Source of the DNA: Dimorphilus gyrociliatus
Lineage: Eukaryota; Animalia; Annelida
Length of the DNA: 64,000 nt
Reading direction: 5' to 3'
NCBI GenBank assembly: GCA_904063045.1
Contig: CAJFCJ010000009.1
Coordinates: forward strand, 910,942-974,941
The notes below the pieces were generated by a model that saw only the letters and a list, made by a program, of their open reading frames with translations, had not been told where the DNA came from and ran no database searches. The translations under genes and the position numbers were made by a program. Below are positions 11,085 to 24,108 of this stretch, piece after piece. The first letter of the stretch is position 1; each line of letters starts with the position of its first letter.

Positions 11085-13049
11085 TTAATTAGACTATAAA
11101 TTAATATTAATTTTCTCACTTATCAATCACTGCTAAGAGGCATTCTCGTAAATTTTTCAATATCGACTCTTTTTTTTCTGGGTTTGCTTTTAGGATTTCT
11201 GTTAATGTTCTTGCTTCAGCTGTCTGAAAATGTTTTAAAGTAGAAAAATTTACCATCGCTTGTCAAAGGATTAAATATATATTACCTTGAATAAAGCAAA
11301 GGATGGACCATAAAATTCTTCCACTAAATTCGAACGTTGTAGGTTATTAGCATGTTCATTATATGCTACCTCAAGAATTTGAGAAGCTTGCTTATGTTTC
11401 ATTAATTTCTTAACATTTCCATACATAGAACGAATTACATATTCGCACTGAGTTTTTGACCTATTATAATTATATATATACTGAATTTATAAAGTTTCAA
11501 TGATAAAAGATTTAAAAATATCTTACCCGCATTTCAAAATTTGCCTCACAAAAAATCTCGCATATTTGGATCTTATCATTTCTAAGATGTCATCTAGTTT
11601 AAAATAGAACTTTTAAAATAAATTCAAAGCATAGAGATATATCAAATAAATGAGTACACTGCGTTTTACAAATATATAGAATATGCCATTTGTGGAAATA
11701 ATACAATAGAATTTACCTAAAACAATATCTGAATTATAAACATTCAAATATGATCGAAACTTGTGAATTTATCGAAAAAAAGATTGGAAAGAAAAAGCTG
11801 TAAGAAATCTTCTATTTTTACATAAAAAAAATAGAGAATTTAAAGAAAATTAGTACTGAATGTGTGACAGTAAAAAGGTTTGGAATGGATTTACTGCCCC
11901 CAAAATGGAAATGAAATTCATAATGAAACTTATGTAATGAAGAACTAATATTTCTATTATCAGAAGCTATCCTGAAATATATAATTAAAATGGCAAGGAA
12001 ATGACAGAATTCTTGAGAATTTCATGATTATAAAAGTATTTATCAATAAAAATAACCTCTATGAGATAATTTCTAAAAAACGCACTATACTATGTATACA
12101 ATAAATATTAGTTTATAAATGTTCAAACCTTTAAGCTCTTCAAAGAGTTCATCTCGTTGTTCAGTTGAACACGATTTAATCAAAGTTTGCATAACTCTAA
12201 CAGTATCGTGAGCAAATATAACCTTTGAAATTGAATAGAAATAGTTAATTCAACAAGTACACCAAACGAATTAGAGACACTACCTGTCTTGCTTTCCCCT
12301 TTACTAATTTAAACAAGGCATTAGACAATTCTTTCTTTTTGTTTTCTTCAATTGTTTTTCTACAATATGAATGAAAATTTAGAAAGTATAATTCTATATA
12401 TGATATGAACATACACTCTTAGTTCTTCCCAAATTTCTTTCATTTTGGTGCTCAATTCATAAGTATCCTTAACCATTTTTCTCTGCTTCTTCCTTTCTTT
12501 CTTTGATAATTCAACTTTCCCAACTTTAGTGGGTGTGGCATCGTCATCTTCTAGTTTCTTTCTTTTTAAGTTTTTCTTATTTTTCTTCTCTTCGCCATTT
12601 TTCTGAATTCCATTAGATGTAACTTCTTTCTCTTCATTATCAGATGTTTGAATTTCAGTCAAAGCTTTTTCGAAAGGAGAGATTTTAGCCTTCTTCTTTT
12701 TTAATTTTTCCACCGATTTTCCATCCGATGGCTTTCTTTTCTTTGCTATTTTATCCACAGATTTCTCTAAAATGGGTATTAAGTTAAATAATAGCTTTAT
12801 TTTCAATATATCACTGTACCATTTGGTGATTTTTTAGATTTATCCGGCAATTTCGGAGATTTTATTTTTGAAGCTGTTTTTCCTTCAACTTGCTTTTTCT
12901 TTATTATTTGTCCAGCAGTTTCTGCTAAAAAATTCTAAAATAATAATAGTTCTAGTTTTATGATTCGATATACCATCAGTTGGCTTTATAGCCTTCTTCA
13001 GCAATTTTGGAGATTTAGCAGAGCCTTTAGCTTTCTTTTTCTTATCCAT
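10090..13049 (-). CDS. PUM3: Pumilio homolog 3 (Puf-A/penguin/Puf6 family), multi-exon
   Basis: Lys-rich N-terminus from ATG 13049; exons give VIFAHDTVRVMQTLIK, SKYARFFVRQILKCG, ILHTRDGSRVAMNVIWYSSAKDRKAIIKSFK and a CPL-type region ILEKGDGNPFSKKD. Confidence 0.92.
11047..11081. repeat. (AT)17 microsatellite in a PUM3 intron
   Basis: Uninterrupted AT dinucleotide run. Confidence 0.95.
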
Positions 13050-13825
13050 AACTGATGCTAATACTGCAAAAGAATAAATTTTATTTTTAATCATCATAAA
13101 AAGCTATTCCTAAGAAAATTATTAAATAGATGCTAATCATAGTTGACAATATCAATTCCTTTATTCAGACAGAGTAAAATATCATTGGAAACCTCGGAGA
13201 TATGCTCAAATATCGAATAATTGTTTAGAATTACCTTTTACTCGACCAACGGCGTGGTTTGAAGAGCGATAAAGAAAGAGGCAAAAGTGTACATTGCCAG
13301 TTGATGTCTAATTTTACCGCCAATCCATTTTTCAAACTTTCTACTTAGAGGATACACTAGCCTATTACTATCGTTGCAATCAAACTTTATATTAATTTAA
13401 CAACGAACTATTCTGATCTTTAAATAGATTAATTTTTTAATCACAACTAACAAAATATAGCAAAAATATTAATCGAAACGCTTTCAGGTTGAATTTTATT
13501 AATATAAGACTGACTTTCTTTTCTACAAGATCTGCATTTGAACAACTTACACGAATTTTAACTATAATATACATTTTATTAGAACTTAGTCTGATGATTT
13601 TTAAGAAAAAATATTAAAAATTCATCATATTGGTGAAAACTTTAAATTTAAATCAAAATTTGTTAGATTAGATAAAGGTAATAACATCACCCATATTAGT
13701 ATATATACATATATATATAAGAATAATTTTGCATGAAAACATGTAAAATTTAGTACAATAGTACAAGTATGTCATATAATTCACTGCTCTATCGCGACTA
13801 GAACCCAACTACATAAACTGGTAAC

Positions 13826-15282
13826 ATGGCGCGCTGGGATTTTGAGAGATATATTGATGAAGTTTGTTTTTGTCTTACAATTGTGTAATTTGATATTATG
13901 AGGATTCTATGCCAACCGCTATAATCTTTCATATTTGATTTGTTTGAAAGACATTTTTTAAATAGTATTATTTTTGATGAAGTATCCTATTTTATGAGCG
14001 ATAATATATAAGTTTAATTAGAAACAGCGAAAGTAGCCATTTATTCATACTTAAGTAGAATCATAAAGTTAATTTGAAGATACGACTATCGATTAATTAA
14101 ATGGCGACCTATAATGTGCTTTAGTTTATTTTAATTTTTTTCTAGCTGTCTTCTTGTTTGGCATCATTCAATGGCGAAGGATGTTCTGAACTTCTCGGCT
14201 CTGTTCCAAAAGTCCCTTTTGTCCGAGATGTTTACGAAAGAACCTATCGAGAATGTTCAAATAGAGGAATACCCACACCTTTTGACGAGATTATTGCATT
14301 CCGTGTCGAAGCTGCTTGCTATGAAGATAAGAGCGAGAACGACAGAGCACTTGAATTCTATTGTAATTCATTAAATTGCTTAGTTAGTGCCTTCAGTGAG
14401 ATGCCTGATGAGAATTGGCCATTGCCAATTATGTATAAGTTATGTTTGGCAACCAGATTGGCTGCCAGACGGATAAATTCTTCAAAAGCGTTTGAGAGAG
14501 CGGCAGAGGCGATAATGGCATGCTTTAGAGTATGTACATCTGATACTAGGTCTTCACCAGCTACGAGTAAGAAATGGGGGATGTTATATTTAGTAAATCA
14601 GTTATTCAAAGTATATTTCGCTATTTCCGCTTTGCATCTGTGCAAACCACTAATTAGAGCTATAGAAAATTTAAGGGACGTTAAAGAAGAACAATTCCCT
14701 TTGGCTCAAAGAGTCACATACAGATATTTTGTTGGAAGAAAAGCCATGTTTGATTCCGAATTGAGAAATGCCGACTCAAATCTCTCTTTTGCTTTTGAGC
14801 GTTGCTTAAAGTCGTCCATAAAAAACAAAAGGAAGATACTTATTTATTTAGTTCCCGTAAGGATGCTGTTGGGTCGTTTGCCTCAACACAGGCTTTTAAA
14901 AAAGTACAACTTGGCCGAATTTGACGATGTTGCTAGGGCAGTTTCAGCTGGTAATTTACTTCAATTAGATAATGCTTTGTCAAAACACGAACATTTTTTT
15001 ATTCAATGTGGAGTTTATCTCCTGTTAGAGAAATTAAGACCAATGGTCTATAGAACTTTATTTAAAAGAGTCCAAAGGATTATGAATACTTATCAAATAC
15101 CAATAGGTGCACTGACTACTGCACTTATGGCGATGAACGTAGAAGATGTTGACGATGATGAAACGTCTTGCATTTTGGCAAATCTAATTCATGACGGTAA
15201 GGTCAAAGGTTATTTAAGCTATAGCCATCAGAAGCTAGTAATAAGTAAACAAAATGCCTTTCCACCTTTTGCCAGTTCTTAA
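13826..15282 (+). CDS. PCID2: PCI domain-containing protein 2 (TREX-2/CSN12-like), 2 exons
   Basis: Exon 13826-13861 (MARWDFERYIDE) spliced to 14146; SKKWGMLYLVNQLFKVYF, VTYRYFVGRKAMFDS, CILANLIHDGKVKGYLSYSHQKLVISKQNAFP. Confidence 0.93.
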
Positions 15283-15545
15283 GCTATTTTCAGGAGGACT
15301 TTATTTTACTAACAAATACTTGTATTCTGCATCATGTAAAGTTTGGAATAAACAAGTGATACTAATATATTGCTAAATGTACTTGTACACTTTTTTCCTA
15401 TTTGACTTAAGTAATCACGTAGAAATTTCTAACGTAATGAAACGTTTTTTCCGTTAACAACTCATCATCACACATTCTTTGAATTTCCCTATTATCGGAA
15501 AATTCTTGGAGATGATGATCAGATCTCGATTCAATTTAAATATTT

Positions 15546-17022
15546 TTATATATTAATTTTGCATAGTCTTTCTGCAACGTCCTGCCACCGACGACTAGGT
15601 TTCTGTCAAGAAATGCTCAAATAACTAATTTAAAAATTTAAGATGAGATTAATTTTTAATGAGTAAAATTGTAATTAACAATTACCTTCGGTATTCGAGA
15701 TGTCTTTTCTTGATCTGGATTCAAATGTTTATTTACATGCTTCCGTAATCCCATCTAAAATTTGATAATCAAGTTTATTCTATATATTTAATAGAAAATA
15801 ACAGAACTTACTGTTGACATAAATGATTGATCGCATCCTTCAATATGGCAAGCAAATCGTTCATTTTTATGTATGACGTTTATATGATGATTTAAGTTGC
15901 TTTTTTGTGTATAATGTTTTTCACATCCTTCATAAGGACAATTGAATACGAAACCAGTATGAACATGATTGAAATGATACACCATAAGACGACGATACTT
16001 GAACATCTTGCCACATTCTCTGCATTTAGATGCTATAATAAAACAAATATGAACTTATAGTGTGCTTTTTTTTCTAAATGTAAACATACGCTTTCGATGT
16101 ACTTGTGCAACGTGTTTTTGCATAAGATGAAATTTTTCAAATATCATATCACACTCCTCGTCAGTACATGGATATCCTAAATTCGTTAAAGTTATTTTAT
16201 TAGAATATTCAATTGTAAACAGAGAATAAAAATCTACCTTCGTGTTTTTTAAGATGCTTTTGAAAAGCTTTTTTTGTTGAAAATTTCTCTGTGCAGTCGT
16301 CATATGTACAACTGAAATGATAGATGGCTTAAAATGCTTTTAATTTAATATTTACAGTATTCAAACCTGTAGTGTTCGGGAAGATAATGTTTCGTTAAGC
16401 GATGCAGGCGAAGATGATGACGCTTTTTAAAAGTTTCTTCACACCCGTCGGTATCGCACTAGTGTTGTTCAAATTATTATTATTCGGACAATATAAAAAA
16501 CACAGATATCTTACTTTATATCTTGTATCTGAATGATTTCGCAAGATATGCTTATTTAACGACTGCTGTGATTTATACTCTTTATCGCAGTCTTCATATG
16601 TACAACTGAAAAATTTTTAATATACAGTTTAATATTTCATAATCTATATTGTACCATCAACAAACCTGAACGTTTTTACAGAGCCTTCTGGCACTAAAAA
16701 TTAAAAATATACTTTATTAATGGCTTATTACATTAAATCTTTAAATAAAGATAAATTGTAAAACAAATAAACCAATGTAAAAACGAAATTAAAATTGATT
16801 GACCTACAGGCATCTATACTTAGAGACGTATTTATCAATATATGTATAGATCACTGTATCTCGTCTTAATTATTGAGCCGAAAAATAGTCAAATGGTTGA
16901 AAAAATACAATCTTACAAGTTTCTGGATGTGCAGATTCGATATGTCTTTTTAAATGGCCTCTTCTAGTATAAGATTTATCGCAACCAAGGATTTGGCATT
17001 CGAAAGGTCGATTTGTTTCCAT
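15546..17022 (-). CDS. GTF3A: Transcription factor IIIA-like C2H2 zinc-finger protein (8 fingers found)
   Basis: Spliced fingers CQILGC…HLKRH, CTYEDC, CDTDGC…FKKRHHL, CTYDDC…HEGYPC, CTDEEC, CREC, CPYEGCEKHYTQKSNL, CHIEGC follow the order and spacing of TFIIIA fingers 2-9. Includes a 28-nt micro-exon (16693-16666). The last exon is uncertain. Confidence 0.7.
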
Positions 17023-17307
17023 ATCATATAAATTTGTAGTTTTTATTCTTCACAGTGCAGAAACACATGTGAGAAAGTGCGTATCTACTATAGTAGGGAA
17101 TATTTTGCCATACTATATCAGTTTTCAACCAACACCGTTCGAAAAAAAGGTCACGGTCAGAACGATAAACCGCGAACTGCTAATACAAAAAAACTTAAAA
17201 CCGTTATACTACTTACAAACGACAAACTTATTATTCTAGAATAAAACAATCTTTACAAAATCATATCTAAAGTACTTTAATGTTTTAACTTGTGCTAAAA
17301 AAAATAT

Positions 17308-18102
17308 CTAAGATTGTTGATTTCCCTTGTTGCCTGCAGTCAGGATAACATTTATCCAATCATTAACAAAAGTCATGGTCTTTCTGGCCTCTTCTCTTTC
17401 TCTTTCTTCCAATTCTTTCAAAGAGCACTGCAAGTTATCGATTTCAGTATCTCGCATTTTTAATATACAATCTTTCTTCGCTGCATGGTCCTCGTCGTCA
17501 ATAGGAATGTGTTTTCTTAAGCGATTTTCTTCCCGCTCTAAGTACTCCATTTGAGTTACTGTCCAATTTTCTATACTTGCCATAAATGTTCTTATTTCTT
17601 TTCTCCAATCGTGTATCAAGTTCATTTTATCATCGATCACTCTTTCTCCTAACAATTTAATAAAACGAGTCATCCGATTCATAACATTTGAGTTAGAAGT
17701 GCTGGAGTTCAAAATTCGCGCCATCTGAGGTTTGAAAAATTCCATTTCATCCTCAAGCAAAGACTCGCCGCCTATTCCAGCTAAACGGAATAAACTCTCC
17801 GGAAAGTCGTCAAAGTTACAGGCTGAAGCTCCCGTTGGAAAGAAAATTGTATTCGGCTTCCTCTCTCTCTGTTCTCTGGCAGCTTCTAAATCTTCACTCG
17901 GTGTACTTCTTGCCGAATCAATATTATCATCATCTGAATCTTCTGTTATATTATTTCCTTTTCTAACGTATTCGCAATTCATCAATTCCTCATCCGAAGC
18001 GGTCCTCTCATAATTCAAATCTGCTCTTCTATCATCTTCAGTCATCTTTTTATAACGCTTGGTGCTAGGTTCCATTGATGCTGAATCGTTATTGCTCATC
18101 AT
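17308..18102 (-). CDS. Uncharacterised 264-aa protein, acidic N-terminus and coiled-coil C-terminus
   Basis: Long ORF with an acceptor 3 nt before the ATG and upstream donors at about 18205 and 18273 (5'UTR introns). No family recognised. Confidence 0.65.
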   Translation of the reverse strand: MMSNNDSASMEPSTKRYKKMTEDDRRADLNYERTASDEELMNCEYVRKGNNITEDSDDDNIDSARSTPSEDLEAAREQRERKPNTIFFPTGASACNFDDFPESLFRLAGIGGESLLEDEMEFFKPQMARILNSSTSNSNVMNRMTRFIKLLGERVIDDKMNLIHDWRKEIRTFMASIENWTVTQMEYLEREENRLRKHIPIDDEDHAAKKDCILKMRDTEIDNLQCSLKELEEREREEARKTMTFVNDWINVILTAGNKGNQQS

Positions 18103-18728
18103 TTCCTAGAGAAAAATTAATAATATAACATTTTAACCAAGTTTCAAATGATGTATCATCAGAAGCCATTAGTTTTAGCTATACCATAAGTTCAAAAACT
18201 ACTTACCCTTGTATATTTGAATTTTACTGCAAAACAAGAATATAGAATGTAGAAACTTGTCAAACTTCTTTTACCCGTAATATTAATTTAAAGAAAATAG
18301 TAAATTTAAACAATTTAACGTCAACACCGCATAAGAGAGTCGCGAACTAATCCTCAATTGAATAAGCGGTTACAAATCAACGACAAACGACTAGAACGCC
18401 ATCTTTTGAGCTATTGGATCAAAATCTTTCCGGGTACCCTGTTTCCTTCACCCTCAATAAGTGCATACAAGTAGAAGAATTAAACTTTCCATTTGTTCAC
18501 AAGTTTAACAAATTACTTGGAAACGTCGTTTAATATACTTTTTACTACATTTTGTAGATTATACATGTACAGTATATTTTGCATTTATGATCTATAACTG
18601 TCAAGGTTATTAATTGAGATGACTTTTAGGAGGCCTTGAATATTGTTTGAGTTATATGTAAAAGTCTTAATTATACAATTTATTTTAATGACAACTTTTT
18701 TCAGAACAGAGTAGACGAAACAGAAGTA

Positions 18729-19708
18729 ATGAAACTTCCATTATCGCTCAATGTAATTCGCCGCTTGTCATATCATATTGTCTTTCCTTCAAAGCAATCA
18801 CCTATGAGATATGTACCAGATTTTATTGATAGGCCAGATTATACGAAAGAACATGAAAGACTTGTAATAAAATCCCCAAAGCAGCAAAATAAGATGAGAG
18901 ATTCATGCAAATTGGCTAAAGAGGCGCTTGATTTAGCAGCATCTTTAGTTAAAGCAGGCACTACAACGGATGAAATAGACGCAAACGTTCACGATTTTAT
19001 AATAAATCATAACGCTTACCCATCGCCTTTAGGCTATAAAAATTTTCCAAAGTCCATATGTACCTCAGTTAATAATATTGCTTGTCATGGAATACCGGAT
19101 GATCGTGAGCTAATGGAAGGAGATGTGATAAATGTAGATGTCACAGTATTTTTAAATGGTTTTCATGGAGATTGCTCAAAGACATTCAGTGTCGGCAATT
19201 GTGATAGCAAAGCAATAAAATTAATAAAAACAGCCGAAGAATGCAGAGATGAAGGGATTAAAGTGTGTGGACCAGGAGTTCCCTTAAATAGAGTAGGATC
19301 TAGAATACAGTAAGATTGTATGATCTTTTTAAACCGTTATAAAGCTCGCTTTTCAAATAGAGAATATGCTAAGAGACACAATTTTGCTGTATTGCCTCAA
19401 TTTTGTGGACATGGAATAGGAGAAGGCTTTCATGAACTACCAGGTGTTCTTCATACAAGAAACAATAATAAATTACTATTAGAGCCTGGCATGACTTTTA
19501 CAATTGGTAAGTTTCTTCATATCTTATGAAAATACTTATTTAAAGATCTTTTAATCTAATAGAGCCGGTTATAACTGAAGGTGAAGTGGGAATATCCATA
19601 GTAAAGGAGGACGGTTGGACAGCAGTTTCAGATGATGGTAGTAGATCAGCTCAATTTGAACATACCATTTTGATTACCGAATCAGGATATGAAATTCTAA
19701 CTGAATAA
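18729..19708 (+). CDS. METAP1D: Mitochondrial methionine aminopeptidase 1D, 3 exons
   Basis: [67 protein letters not shown] (type-I MetAP metal ligands); N-terminal transit-like peptide. Confidence 0.92.
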
Positions 19709-20163
19709 TAGAACTAAATAATTTTGAACTATAATTTTTGGAATCTTACAATAAAGCGGCAAGGAAATTTGACAGCGTAATAAATATAATATTTTAATAG
19801 ATAATAAATGCATAGATATTACTGATTCAAATGACATAAAGAGGAGTTATATTAGGATATTAATATTAAGATATGAACGTGTTGACATAATGCAATTGAC
19901 AGTACTTGTTCAATTATTCCAAAATCTTTTCCTGGTATTTATTGAATGAATTAGAGTTTTATTATTGAATATCTTTTTATAAAGTCATTACATATTGTCA
20001 GATGGTCTGTTTCCTGTAATCCTAGTTTTCATGGGAGGATACCTTAGCCTATTTTGCTTTTATAAACATTTTTTTTGTAACAACAAGCAAGAAAAAGCTA
20101 TGTCCATTGAGAGTAATATGCCAATCTATACAAAAAATATAACAAGGAATCTCTACAAACGGT

Positions 20164-21066
20164 TTAACGAAATCCTAATCTTTTCTTTTCTTTGTCCTTC
20201 TTCTTGACAACGTCTAATTGTCTGTCTTTCCAACTGCTTTTTCTTAATTTTATCGGGCGATTTCCAACATAACGTCCATTAACTTCTCTCATTGCTTTTG
20301 CAAAATCATTTGGATCCGAAAAGCTAGCAAATCCGAATCCTTTCGTTTTATTTGTTCTTTTATCTCTGACAACTCTGGCTTTTTTAAAGCTAGGGTAGGC
20401 TGAAAAAATTCTAGAAAGCGTCTCTTCCGTAACTTCGTTTCCTAAATCTCCACAGAACATCCTAAAATCATCAGGATCCCAGTCATTTAAAGAATGGTCC
20501 TCCCAGACTTGCCCTCCTGCTGATCTGACGTACTTTTTTACCGTTTTGATCTTTCCAGCCGAAGACGACTCTTGCTGCTTCTGAAGCATTTGATTCTGCC
20601 TAGCTCGAACTTGTTCCATGACAGCTTTAACCTCTAGTTCCATTTGTAGCGCTGATAAAGCAGGTTGACTTACGGGTTCCATATCAGGCTCCTTTGATAC
20701 TTGAGGAACATTAACTGAAGGTCCCGGAACAGACTTGTTTTCCTTTCTCTTCTCCTTTATATGTGTAGTAGGTCTGACAAGAGCGGCAGGATTTTTCACA
20801 GGAGGAGCAGATATTGTGGCTGGCTGTCCCTTGTTACGAAGTTGATGAGGTGTAAATGGAGAATAAGTATTGAATTGTGGTGTCTGGGACTCTGTAGCAG
20901 CTATCTCTTCTTCGAATCTGCGAAGAACAAGTTTTACCCCGTGTCCAATAATAAAGTTACATTATAAATGATAAATTACGTAGCTAAGATCTCTATAAGT
21001 TATATATCCGAAAAATTAGGTAACTTACCTCCTAAGTTCATCATCTATACTCGATCCTGATGCCAT
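20164..21066 (-). CDS. RBM42: RNA-binding protein 42, 2 exons
   Basis: MASGSSIDDELR|RFEEEI…; RSAGGQVWEDHSLNDWDPDDFRMFCGDLGNEV…YVGNRPIKLRKSSWKDR…KKRLGFR. Confidence 0.93.
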
Positions 21067-21987
21067 ATTCCTAGTTAAAATTTATTTTCTAATGATAAAA
21101 CGATTTTATTCGCAAGAAAAACGTTCCTCTGTACGTTTTGCTAACTACCAGTTTTCGTTAGCGGAAATGAGACCGTTGGCGAATCTACAGAGATTTTCAA
21201 TTTGTGAAGTTGTGGACATAAAACTTTTTCTAAATGGAAATAATTTATTTGCTTTAATAAGTTTAAAAATCCACGACAGGGATCAATCAATTTTATTGAT
21301 AATAGGGTATTATAAATGCATAGATAGTTTGAGAAGTTATTTGACAATTTTAAACAAGTGTCTATATTAATTAACAGGGTAAGTCGATTTCCCTAAACAA
21401 AACTTACTATTTAGCCGTCTTTCTAGAAACGAACATGATACGTCGTACATATTTTTGCTTTTAATTACAAGAATTGAAATTCACTTCAAGAAATAACAAA
21501 AAAGCAAATTGTAACAGCAAGATGAAAACTTAATTATCTTCTTAAGAAGACAATAAAATTAATCTCTCTTATTGAACTGAACAGAATAGTTCAAGCGAAA
21601 AACCAGCCTATTGTTACAACAATACTATTATTAACTTTTACACTTTGATGATTATTGAATTAATTGAGAATGTTATAAGTGATATATTTTAAGAAACAAA
21701 ATAAGCCTTTCTCATTAAAATATTTCGATGAGAAGATTAGAAATTAGTAATTAAACAAAAAACACTCCTTTTCAAGATTTTTAGACAGAATTATAAAATT
21801 ATTTTATTGGAAGAACGTAATTTAGAATTCATTGGTTTTTTATTCGAACAAAACAATAAATTGCTTATAAATAGAAGAGTTTTATTTTCTAAAAAGAAAA
21901 CAACACTCCTCTTTTTCCTAATTATTTTTTTTTCTAATTATAGAGTTCATAGATAATTTAGAAGGCTATTTACAATTGTATAATTTA

Positions 21988-21993
<6 letters not shown>

Positions 21994-22019
<26 letters not shown>
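21994..22019. repeat. (TC)13 microsatellite
   Basis: Uninterrupted TC run in the long intergenic region. Confidence 0.9.
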
Positions 22020-22026
<7 letters not shown>

Positions 22027-23910
22027 CTTTCTTTCACTATAAATAGTATTTAAGCTAAGAGATTAATTATATATTGTTAAAAAAATTGTAAAGAACATTT
22101 AAATAACATTTTTTATTATAATCTTTAAACTATTTAACATTGAATAATAAGAAGACTATCGGGAAAAAACTATATTTATATTTGATGAAAGGCTTTTTTA
22201 TGTATCAGTTTTAATTACTCATTCGATTACAACTCATTCTTAATTTCTTTTTAACTAATCTATAGGTAAACCATTAATATATTTAATAAAACAATAAAAG
22301 AGACGTTTTCTTACCTATTTATATTTTCCAGAGGAAATTGTCTCTAGAGATTAATTAGTCTATAAATATATACAATAAATACAAATACCTATTTATATAT
22401 ACAGTACAGTATATATATTTGTTAATTGATATTTATTTGTTATAGTTTTTAGCATTGAACATCAAAAAACTATCCTGCCACTCCTACGTAATAAAAATAA
22501 ATTACTATGATATTTATAATAATTTAATTTATAGATATAATTGTCAAATATTCCATTTCGAATACAAAAGCTCTATTCGAACGAAACGAAAAATTTCTAT
22601 GATTTATGAAAGGAATAAGAGCAATGTGATGACAATTTTCAAGTAAATAATTAATAAAATTGATAGGCTTATCCATAGGATAAACTTACAGCTATTAGAT
22701 CGTTTAATATTGAATTATCTGCAAACATGATCGATTAAAATATTCTATAGACGAATAAAAGCTTAGGTAATTGTGTCAAAAGCGTTTTATGTGCATTATT
22801 TTTCAGTTTTAGAAGATGTAATAAATTTATTAATATGTTATTTGGAAAAATTATTATTTTCAAAATCTATTAGAGGATATAGGAACTTGACAGTCTCTTA
22901 TTTTTCTTACTCAATTTATGTAAGGAAAAACTGGTAATCTTCTACGTTTTAAGTCTTCTTAAAATTGTTGTACAATATCAAAGGTGGGAAGGAAGAGAGG
23001 GACAGAGAAAGAGAGAGAGATAGAGAGATAGAAAGAAAAGTAGAAAATAAAGAAGGGGGGATTGGTAAAAATCAGGGATTAGTTCAAAAAAATAACACTA
23101 CTCTTCATGGTTAATAAGAGGATTAACGATGTTTTTTTACTGATTTATATATATAAATATATTTATTTACATATATAAATTTTATATAAATATATATACG
23201 ACCAATATTATTAAACAGTTAAATGCCTGTTTTAGGACATTAATATTGGTTAGAGACATTTTCGTCTGAGTTTAAAATCTATTATGATACAAATAAAATT
23301 AATGATAAATAAAACTGAAATTTGATCTATTTTTATCTAAAACTATTTTTAGACTTAATTATCAGATAATTTTTTAACTACAGTCAATAGAAATTAATGA
23401 AGTTAAGATTAATCTGTACTATCGTTACACGAAAACAAGTAATTAGAAGAGAATTTAGCTTATCTCCCCCTTACGGCCGCTGTAGAAACGCCAATTGCAT
23501 GAAAGACATAGTTCAATAACTATTCAATGCCGCTGCTTTGACTGAATCAAACGACTTTCATTCATTACTGCATTTCAGAGACGGTAACTCTCGTTTCCCA
23601 CCAACCAGTTGTACCTTTACGTTTGGTGAATAATTGTAAGATTTTCGATTTGTTTTTACTGGGAAAATATCACAGGATACCAGAAACACAAATTGGAACG
23701 TATTAAATATTTACGTATAATTGAGAATGGATGTATTAGACTTGCGTATCTTTTCTATATATGAAGAATAAAACACACAAAGTGTTTGATTTATAACCAA
23801 TGGCAACTCGACACATCTGGCTTACACAAACAAGATAAGGCAATAAAGTTGTGTGGTACGTTTGTCGAGTATATTGAGTCAAAAATAACCTAAGAGAAAA
23901 AAGGAAATGA

Positions 23911-23933
23911 CCAATAACGACCTATATATAAAG
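23911..23933 (+). promoter_or_regulatory. Adjacent CCAAT and TATA-like elements upstream of the coiled-coil gene
   Basis: CCAAT at 23911 and TATATATAAAG at 23923-23933, followed by a donor at 23958 that can splice to the acceptor at 24108. Confidence 0.3.
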
Positions 23934-24108
23934 GGCTTGGATAATATGAGGAGTCAGGTTTGTATAGTTACTCTTAACATTCTTTTTTGTTTTGTAATTA
24001 TTAAATGCAGTATATAAATGTATTAATTATTAGTAATACTGAACTTCGTAGCGGAACAATTACATAGTGTTGTTTGAATAGCAGTCTTTGTTCTCTTTTT
24101 CAAAACAG

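Noticed and set aside
23807-23869. miRNA-like hairpin (CTCGACA…TGTCGAG)
   Set aside because: Only about 7+8 paired bases with large mismatches; too weak without small-RNA data.
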